A stretch of DNA of 64,000 nucleotides from positions 384,001 through 448,000 of the forward strand of contig CAVSHR010000005.1 of assembly GCA_963727625.1 (NCBI GenBank). Reading direction: 5' to 3'. This stretch comes from an uncultured delta proteobacterium (lineage in GTDB: Bacteria > Desulfobacterota > Binatia > UBA9968). This document shows positions 57,459-64,000 of the stretch, one piece after another (the stretch's first letter is position 1; the number at the start of each line of letters is the position of its first letter). The notes beneath the pieces were generated by a model that saw only the letters and a program-made list of their open reading frames with translations, made no database searches and was not told where the DNA came from. Made by a program: the position numbers and the translations under genes.

Positions 57459-58181
57459 TCAACTATGGAGTCCGCATTCCTTGTGCTCGACCTTTTCCCA
57501 CCACCAGCGCCCGGCGCGGCTCTCTTCCCAAGGCTTGATCGCGCGGGTGCAGGGCGCGCAACCGATGCTTGGAAAACCGCGATCGTGCAGCTGGTTATAG
57601 GGCACGTCATGAGCAGCGATGTAGTCCCAAACCTGCTTGCGCGTCCAGTCGGCCAACGGATTGACCTTCGCGATGCCGCCGTGCGCCTCGTCCCGCGTGA
57701 TCTTGCCGGCGCCCGTGCGCGCCACCGTCTGCTCCCGCCTGAGACCGGTAGCCCAGGCCGCCAAACCGCTGAGCGCGCGCTTGAGCGGTTCGACCTTGCG
57801 CACGGCGCAACAGCGCTTGCGCAGTTCGATGGATTCATAAAACAGATTAAGCCCGTGCGCTTTGACTATCCGCTCGACCTCGTCAGCGGCGGGAAAATAA
57901 ACTTCGATGGTGATGCCGTAGCGCTGCCGCAGTGCCTCCATGCAGTCGTAGGTCTCTTGATTCAACCGGCCCGTGTCTAGGGTAAAAACTCGAAAGTCGG
58001 AGCCACGGAGTCGATGCAGCATATCGATCAGCACCGAGCTCTCGGCTTGAAAAGAAGAAGCCAGCGCGATATTCGGTGAAAATTTTTCGAAGGCCCAGCG
58101 CAGAACTTCCTCGGCAGGGGCTTGCTCGAAATCTCGCGCCATCTCAACTTCGGCTGATTCTTGGCTGTCGGGCGACAACAT
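57459..58181 (-). CDS. cysH: APS/PAPS reductase, [4Fe-4S] APS-reductase type
   Basis: LDTG, RCCAVRKVEPL, TGLRREQ, SIGCAPCT, RAGRW, KECGLH. Confidence 0.95.
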   Translation of the reverse strand: MLSPDSQESAEVEMARDFEQAPAEEVLRWAFEKFSPNIALASSFQAESSVLIDMLHRLRGSDFRVFTLDTGRLNQETYDCMEALRQRYGITIEVYFPAADEVERIVKAHGLNLFYESIELRKRCCAVRKVEPLKRALSGLAAWATGLRREQTVARTGAGKITRDEAHGGIAKVNPLADWTRKQVWDYIAAHDVPYNQLHDRGFPSIGCAPCTRAIKPWEESRAGRWWWEKVEHKECGLHS

Positions 58182-58196
58182 GATCCGTCTCGCTTC

Positions 58197-58772
58197 CTAA
58201 TTGCGCTTCAAGCTTTGCAACAAACCGAGTAGATCCAGCGCAGCTGAGCTCTTGATGCGAACCTCAAGCCGGCGGCGGGGATCGTCGTCGCGATCAAGCA
58301 CCACGGCGGCGGCACCGAACAGCCTCTGAGCAAATTCCTCGACATCACTCCTGATCGCCGCGAACGAATCCGGCGTGTTGATGGCTGACAAACGGTCATT
58401 GACAAAGATCAGCGCTTCGTCGGGGGCAAAGCGTAACCGACCGCGCAGCGCCGGCTCCGCCTCGAGTTTGCGACAATTCTCCAGGGCTGCCCGAAAAACC
58501 GCCCTGAACTTCTCTTGATTGGAACCGCTCAGCCGGCTTTTCTGATTGACCAGCAAGCCGCGCCGGCCGCCGCTTTCGTCGATGCTCACGTTGGCCTGGT
58601 TGGCGATGAGCACGATACCGGGCCCGGCTTTCATATGACTGTAATCGGCAACGTTGTGGTAAACCCCGTCCGTGGCCTGAATCCAGCCGTGAAACACTTC
58701 GATAAAATCCGTCAGTGGCACGGCGTCCGGCCCGGCGACGAAAAATTTCACGTTCAGCTTTTGTAAATCCAT
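58197..58772 (-). CDS. Hypothetical protein coupled to sulfite reductase
   Basis: Protein-like ORF (FIEVFHGWIQ, VADYSHMKAGPGIVLI, VNDRL) tightly packed between the sulfite reductase gene and cysH. Confidence 0.8.
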   Translation of the reverse strand: MDLQKLNVKFFVAGPDAVPLTDFIEVFHGWIQATDGVYHNVADYSHMKAGPGIVLIANQANVSIDESGGRRGLLVNQKSRLSGSNQEKFRAVFRAALENCRKLEAEPALRGRLRFAPDEALIFVNDRLSAINTPDSFAAIRSDVEEFAQRLFGAAAVVLDRDDDPRRRLEVRIKSSAALDLLGLLQSLKRN

Positions 58773-58787
58773 CTTAGCTTCCTGGGG

Positions 58788-61082
58788 TTACACGCTCGGC
58801 TGCACTCCGGCGGGAATGGGCGTTGAGCTCGGCACTGGGCCGCGCGTCTTGCTATAGCAATCATGGGCTGCATCGATAAATAGCTGCGCTTCCTGCAAGA
58901 GTTGTGTCGCCCGATCGGCGTCCGCGAATTTGCCAGCATTGACGAATTCCCTGGCCCTGAATAGGTACTCGGCGAACTTTCCACCGGCGTACTTGTCCCA
59001 AAAAATTTGCGTGTCGACGAACCGGCGGGTGAACTCGCCGATGATCTGATTTTCGTCCTCCATGATGCTCGGGTTTTGGTCTTTCACCAGACCCTGGGCG
59101 GCGCGCACCATCGACGCATAAGCCAGCTTGACCGCCTGGTCCAGGTAACCGGAGTCAAAAAGCAGCTGGGCTTCAAACAGCTCCCGCTCGCTCGCCGCCA
59201 GAGTAAATTCGGCCTGGCTCACCACCTCGCCGGCGCACTCGCCGACGCCCATATCGACAAGGGTGAACTCGCGCGGATCGCCCCAATCGCTGTAGTACGA
59301 TCGATCCACCTCATGGGCGGGAATTTGGGTGAGATCGTCGAGCAGATCCTTGATTTGCTTCTTGCCAATGCGCGCGACGAACTCCTGAAAGCCCTCGTTT
59401 TTATGCCGCTTGCTCACGTAATACTCGATGATAGTCGAAACCGCCTCGGGAATTCTTTTCGACGGCACCGCGCCGATCGCCACACCGTATTCGCCGGCGT
59501 TGTCGTGAAATTTGCCGCCGAGGACCACCTGGAAATGCGGTACTTGAAATCCTTTGACGTTGCGGTTGATGCCGTAGAAGCCGATATCGGCGATATGATG
59601 CTGGCCGCAGGAATTAAAGCAGCCGCTGACTTTGATGCGAAGATTCTTGACCGCTTCATCGAGCGCTAGACTCTTTTCGCCCAAACGGTATCGCAGCTCG
59701 CGCGCCAGTCCGCGCGAGGATGCGATACCCAGCTTGCAGGTATCGGTGCCGGGGCACGAAGTCACGTCGACGATGGTCGCCGCGTCCGCCGCGCCCAGGC
59801 CGATCGTTTTGATCGCTTGATAAAACTCCGGCAAATCCGCCTCGCTCACCCAGCGGAAAAGAAGATTTTGTTCCACGGTCGTGCGCAGCGTGTCCTTGAC
59901 GAAACGGCGCGCGGTGTCGGCAAGCGCGCGCAGCTGATCGGCGCTGGCGTCGCCGAGCGGCAATGTCACCGTGACTGCAACGTAGCCCGGCTGTCTTTGC
60001 TTGTAGACATTGGTCGCATACCAAGCGTCAAAGCCTTCGGGACGCTGGTAGCCATTGAGGCTCCCGCCCTGCTTGAGCGGTTGCTCGGTCCACTGATTAA
60101 CCGCGCGAAGATAATCGGTCCAGCGCGGATCGGTGGAGAGCGTTTGCCGTTCTGCCAATACCAATTTGCGAAACTGATTGATGCCCAGGTGGGCGATTAA
60201 AAATTTAAGCCTTGCCCGTGCGCGATTGCGCTTCTCTCCGAGGCGAGCGAAGACGCGCGAAATTGCCTGCATCGTTGGCAAGAGTTCTTCTTCCGGCAGA
60301 AATTCATCGAATAGTTTCGCCTTGTATGGCACCGATCCCAAACCGCCGCCGACGTAGAAGGCGAAGCCGCGTTGTACTTTGCCATCGACAACCCTGGATT
60401 TGGCGATGGCGCCCATGTCATGCATGGTTACCAGTCCGCAGGGGTTCTGCGCGCAGCCGGAGAAGGCGACCTTCACCTTGCGCCCGAAGTCCTGGGTGTC
60501 GGGATGCCCCATGAGAAAACGGGAGCAAGCTTTGGCGTAGGGCGTTGTGTCGAAGGTTTCTTCGCGGCAGATTCCCGCCAGGGGGCATGCGGTTACGTTG
60601 CGCACCACGTTGCCACAAGCTTCGCGGGTGGTGATCCCCACCGCGGCGAGCCGGCGCATCAGATCCGGCGTGCCGTCGATATGCACGTAGTGGAATTGAA
60701 AATCCTGCCGCGTCGTCACATGGGTCACACCGTCGGCGTACTCTTCGGAAAGATCGGCGAGAGTTTCCAATTGTTCGGGCGTAACGCCGCCGAACGGGAT
60801 TTTGATGCGCATCATGCCGGGCGCATCCCACAGGGTGTCGGGTCCTTTGAGGACGTCGGCCGGCAGCTTGAGTTTTTGGATTTTGTTGCCGTCATGCCGC
60901 TGGCCATTGTCGTAGCGCTGGCCGTAAATGCCGCGCCGCAAGCGGGTCTCGGCGAAAACCTTCTCGTCGATTTTGCTTTGCTTGCGCAGCTCCATCTGCT
61001 GCTCGAAGATATCGATCTCCCGTCCTAACTCGTCGGAGATCTTGTCGGCTAATTTTTCTTTCCAGCTCAGTCCATGTTTCAT
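58788..61082 (-). CDS. sir: Siroheme-[4Fe-4S] sulfite/nitrite reductase with a C-terminal HEPN-like extension
   Basis: GIYGQR, MMRIKIP, HVTTRQ, REACGNVVRN, CPGTDTCKLG and SGCFNSCGQH siroheme/FeS motifs. Confidence 0.92.
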   Translation of the reverse strand: MKHGLSWKEKLADKISDELGREIDIFEQQMELRKQSKIDEKVFAETRLRRGIYGQRYDNGQRHDGNKIQKLKLPADVLKGPDTLWDAPGMMRIKIPFGGVTPEQLETLADLSEEYADGVTHVTTRQDFQFHYVHIDGTPDLMRRLAAVGITTREACGNVVRNVTACPLAGICREETFDTTPYAKACSRFLMGHPDTQDFGRKVKVAFSGCAQNPCGLVTMHDMGAIAKSRVVDGKVQRGFAFYVGGGLGSVPYKAKLFDEFLPEEELLPTMQAISRVFARLGEKRNRARARLKFLIAHLGINQFRKLVLAERQTLSTDPRWTDYLRAVNQWTEQPLKQGGSLNGYQRPEGFDAWYATNVYKQRQPGYVAVTVTLPLGDASADQLRALADTARRFVKDTLRTTVEQNLLFRWVSEADLPEFYQAIKTIGLGAADAATIVDVTSCPGTDTCKLGIASSRGLARELRYRLGEKSLALDEAVKNLRIKVSGCFNSCGQHHIADIGFYGINRNVKGFQVPHFQVVLGGKFHDNAGEYGVAIGAVPSKRIPEAVSTIIEYYVSKRHKNEGFQEFVARIGKKQIKDLLDDLTQIPAHEVDRSYYSDWGDPREFTLVDMGVGECAGEVVSQAEFTLAASERELFEAQLLFDSGYLDQAVKLAYASMVRAAQGLVKDQNPSIMEDENQIIGEFTRRFVDTQIFWDKYAGGKFAEYLFRAREFVNAGKFADADRATQLLQEAQLFIDAAHDCYSKTRGPVPSSTPIPAGVQPSV

Positions 61083-61120
61083 AACACCCTCAAAGAATCT
61101 TGGTTCTCGTCATACTAAAG

Positions 61121-61145
61121 TTACTTGATCGATTGAGTCAGAATT
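61121..61145. promoter_or_regulatory. Putative Rrf2 operator upstream of sir
   Basis: Minus strand AATTCTGACTCAATCGATCAAGTAA resembles IscR type-1 sites; a second copy sits at 61647-61671. Confidence 0.55.
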
Positions 61146-61183
61146 GTGTCAAAAAAAATATCGCCCGCTAGTTCATCCGTTGT

Positions 61184-61618
61184 TCAGATGTAATACATCA
61201 GCGCAGCTGTCTCGGGCTTGCAGAGATCGGCGAGAGTCGTCTCTTCCAGAACCGTCTCCATGGCGTGCACGCCGCGGGCCCAAGTTTCAATCAGCCGCTG
61301 GGTCACTTGAGATATCGACCGGCTATGCATCTGCGCTTTCAATTCGAATCCAATCGCCGGGCCTTCCAGCACCGCGAGAATCTCTTTCACCGAAATCGTC
61401 TCGGGGGGTCGAGCTAAACTATAACCGCCGGAAGGGCCGCGCGCCGCGTGAACCAAATGACCGCGTTTGAGCAAAACCATAATTTGACCGAGATACTGCA
61501 AGGGAATCTGCTGATTGCCGGCGATCTCTTTGACCTGCACGGCGCGACGCTGCTTGTAGTTCTCAGCCAGCTCTCCGAGCGCTAGTAATCCGTAATGTCC
61601 TTTGGAGCTCACCTTCAT
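61184..61618 (-). CDS. cymR: Rrf2-family regulator, CymR-like
   Basis: SSKGHYGLLAL, IPLQYLGQI, RGPSGGYSLARPPETI; lacks the three IscR cluster Cys; ends in MYYI. Confidence 0.85.
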   Translation of the reverse strand: MKVSSKGHYGLLALGELAENYKQRRAVQVKEIAGNQQIPLQYLGQIMVLLKRGHLVHAARGPSGGYSLARPPETISVKEILAVLEGPAIGFELKAQMHSRSISQVTQRLIETWARGVHAMETVLEETTLADLCKPETAALMYYI

Positions 61619-61647
61619 GACGCACGACCAATTTCCAACGTGGCCAG

Positions 61648-61676
61648 ATCCTAAGTAAATCGATCAAATTTGTCAA
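61648..61676 (-). promoter_or_regulatory. Sigma70 promoter of the rrf2 gene, overlapped by a putative operator
   Basis: TTGACA (61676-61671), 17-nt spacer, TAGGAT (61653-61648). Confidence 0.7.
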
Positions 61677-61951
61677 GAACCATCCGCCAGCTTTAAAAAA
61701 TTACAGACGCTTTTGCATGTGGCCGGTAGATTTTCGAAACGCTAAAGCTCCGCTTGCGCCTCTTCAACCATTGAAGTTATATTCCGGCAAATTCACCTGT
61801 TAGAGCTCGATTGTTGTTGCTATTTAGAGTTTGGCAGGTTTCAAAATCATTTTTACAATGCTCTTAAATTCGGCAGTTTCGATCGGTTTTAGCCACCATG
61901 AGTACGGTGTCAAATAGCGCCGGGAAACCTTCCCGTGCTAGAAATCGGAAA

Positions 61952-62782
61952 ATGAACACGCAACTTTGCACTTTCAAAACCGCCGACAATGAACGATTAC
62001 ACGGCCTGCTGTTCACCCCCCAGACAGCGCACAAGGATCGCGCTTTGTTATTTGTGCACGGCGTGGCGATGAATTTTTATCTGCCGCCGCTGTCGGTGTT
62101 CGGCCAGGAATTGGCGCAACGAGGCTTTCACAGCTTCGTGATCAACACTCGCGGCCACGATTGGATCTCGCGCGCCGGCAACTTGACCAAGTTCGGCGGC
62201 TCCGCTTATGAAACTCTCGAAGAGTGTCTTCCCGACCTCGACGGCGCTCTCGGCTATCTCCAAGAGCGTGGCTACCGCCGTTTCGTCCTGATCGGCCACA
62301 GCCTCGGCGCCATCAAGTCGATTATCTATCAGGGCAGGCGCCGGCGTGCCGATATCGCGGCCGTCGTCTCTTGCTCTGCACCGCGCCAGTTTTTTTCCGA
62401 ACGGGTGGCGCGCCAACCGGGGTTTCGCGAGGTCATCGAAAAGGCCGAAGCGATGATCGCGGCAGGCGATAGCGAAGAATTATTGACGGTGGGCGTCGGC
62501 TCCACACCCGGCATTTTCACCGCCCGCACCCATGTGAACAAGTACGGCCGCGACGATCGCAACGATTGCCGCCCCTACGCCAGGCTGCTTGGCTGCCCGC
62601 TGCTCGCCATCGTCGGAAGCGCGGAGCCCAGGTTTTTTCACGAATACGCCGAAGAAATCGTTGCCGCCGCGGCGCCGCGCGGCACTTGCAGGGTGGTGCA
62701 GGGGGCCAATCACTTTTACAACCGGCACACGCTTGAGATCGTCGCGATTATCGATCAATGGCTGCGACAAGCGATCGACTAG
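61952..62782 (+). CDS. Alpha/beta hydrolase (DUF1749-like)
   Basis: LFVHG, NTRGHD, GHSLGA, GANHFY. Confidence 0.85.
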   Translation: MNTQLCTFKTADNERLHGLLFTPQTAHKDRALLFVHGVAMNFYLPPLSVFGQELAQRGFHSFVINTRGHDWISRAGNLTKFGGSAYETLEECLPDLDGALGYLQERGYRRFVLIGHSLGAIKSIIYQGRRRRADIAAVVSCSAPRQFFSERVARQPGFREVIEKAEAMIAAGDSEELLTVGVGSTPGIFTARTHVNKYGRDDRNDCRPYARLLGCPLLAIVGSAEPRFFHEYAEEIVAAAAPRGTCRVVQGANHFYNRHTLEIVAIIDQWLRQAID

Positions 62783-62830
62783 TCAGTGAACGGGCGCGCC
62801 ACGCTTAGCTGAACGAAAAAGAATTTGGAT

Positions 62831-63637
62831 ATGCCCTACCTGAAACGAAGTGATGCAGAAATTTACTACGAGACCCACGGCGATGGCCCTCCGTTGTTGC
62901 TTTGCAGCGTCACCGGCCTGGACCACCAGGCTTGGAAGTTTCACCAAATCCCGGAGTTTTCGCGCGATCATCGGGTGATCGTTTTCGACTACCGCGGCAC
63001 CGGCAAGTCGAGCAAGACGGTGCAGAAATATTCGATCAAAATGTTCACCGACGACACCGCGGCCTTGCTCGATCATTTGAACGTCGAACAAGGGGTCGTC
63101 TGCGGGCACAGCATGGGCGGCGTCGTGGCGCAGTTGCTCACTCTCGATTATCCGCAAAAAGTTAAGAAACTCATCCTCGCCTCCAGTGGCACCGCCCACC
63201 CTGGTGCGCGGGGCATCCCTCTCTCCATGTGCCGCGACATGGTGCTCGGGGGCTTCGAAGGCTATATCCGCAAGCACACTATCGAAACCGGCTGGACCAA
63301 GGAATTCGTCAAGACCCACCCCGAGCGGATCGAAACTTTCCTGCAGGTGAGGATGTCCGGCATCGCGCCGCTGGAGAATTATCTCCATTTCGTCCTGGCG
63401 CGCCAGGAGCACGATCACACGGACCGTCTGAAAGAAATACAAGTTCCGACACTCGTCCTGGTCGGCGACGACGAGAATCACGGTGCCACCGACAACACCC
63501 ATTGGAGCGCCGCGCATCAGCTGGCGCGCGCGATCCCGAATGCCAAGCTGGTGGCGTTACCCGGCGAGGGGCATCACTATTTGGCAACTCATCCGGCGGC
63601 GGCGCACGAGGCAATTCGAGAATTTATCAATTCTTAG
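62831..63637 (+). CDS. Alpha/beta hydrolase (PcaD/RutD-like)
   Basis: IYYETHGDGPPL, FDYRGTGKS, GHSMGG, PTLVLVG, GEGH. Confidence 0.9.
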   Translation: MPYLKRSDAEIYYETHGDGPPLLLCSVTGLDHQAWKFHQIPEFSRDHRVIVFDYRGTGKSSKTVQKYSIKMFTDDTAALLDHLNVEQGVVCGHSMGGVVAQLLTLDYPQKVKKLILASSGTAHPGARGIPLSMCRDMVLGGFEGYIRKHTIETGWTKEFVKTHPERIETFLQVRMSGIAPLENYLHFVLARQEHDHTDRLKEIQVPTLVLVGDDENHGATDNTHWSAAHQLARAIPNAKLVALPGEGHHYLATHPAAAHEAIREFINS

Positions 63638-63798
63638 AAATATCTATGGCGATGACGAGGGTAGGACAAAAATAAACGAGTCTAAATTCCGCTATAAGCC
63701 GGAATGATCGGACCAAATTCGATCGTGCTCTTGAGTCAGAGCCTTAGCCACTTCGGGATGGATCCGAGAAAGCAACGGTCGGTATCGCTTTTCACTTT

Positions 63799-64000
63799 AT
63801 GACAACAACCATCTCGCCCTACGGTTCATGGAAATCGCCAATCACAGCTGACCTTGTCGGCAGCGGTGAAATCGGACTGGAACAAGTCCGGATCGACGGC
63901 GACGAAATTTTTTGGATCGAGCGTCGCGCTAATGAGGCTGGGAGAAAAGTCATTATCCGGCGTTCAAGCGACGGCGAAGCTGCCGACGTAACACCGACAG
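63799..64000 (+). CDS. S9-family peptidase, 5' part (runs off the window end)
   Basis: Not in the ORF track. MTTTISPYGSWKSPITADLV...FWIERRANEAGR is the typical N-terminus of S9 acyl-peptide hydrolases. Confidence 0.8.
   Translation, partial: MTTTISPYGSWKSPITADLVGSGEIGLEQVRIDGDEIFWIERRANEAGRKVIIRRSSDGEAADVTPT

Noticed and set aside
62783-63517. 244-aa minus-strand ORF
   Set aside because: Antisense to a clear alpha/beta hydrolase.
1-64000. CRISPR array, rRNA, tRNA, transposase, integrase or prophage
   Set aside because: No regularly spaced direct repeats, cloverleaf-like sequence or recognisable mobility or phage proteins were seen by eye.

Overview
GC-rich bacterial chromosomal segment with about 55 intact genes and several gene relics. 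I found no rRNA, tRNA, CRISPR array, transposase or prophage. Gene content (orphan NMT1/THI5-type solute-binding proteins, amidohydrolase_2, LLM, UbiD, cupin) resembles Candidatus Binatia/Binatota; that assignment is inference only. Main blocks: (1) a partial DUF2339 gene, a GT9 heptosyltransferase and small or secreted proteins; (2) a 7-gene membrane protein/DUF4129/DUF4350/MoxR/DUF58/RDD/SpoIIM operon; (3) an RCK-gated K+ channel, PssA-like gene, signal-peptide-less TAXI protein, amidohydrolase, VOC protein, a multi-TM protein with a TIR-like C-terminal domain, and an ICL/PEPM enzyme with a non-canonical loop; (4) a non-canonical arn-like operon (DegT aminotransferase, ArnC-like GT2, Gfo/Idh/MocA oxidoreductase, two ArnT-like GT-C enzymes, AsnB amidotransferase) preceded by a candidate leader peptide; (5) a catabolic-looking region (amidohydrolases, heme-oxygenase-like diiron enzyme, Pht5-like protein, UbiD, LLM plus Cys-type hydrolase, SDR, PPOX, cupin) with decayed SBP genes and a GGA-rich, sigma54-type small transcription unit; (6) two tandem paralogous unknown proteins; (7) a sulfate assimilation/siroheme operon headed by a CymR-like Rrf2 regulator with two IscR-like operator sites. 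Several REP-like palindrome families occupy intergenic gaps. All family assignments come from motif recognition by eye, not database searches.
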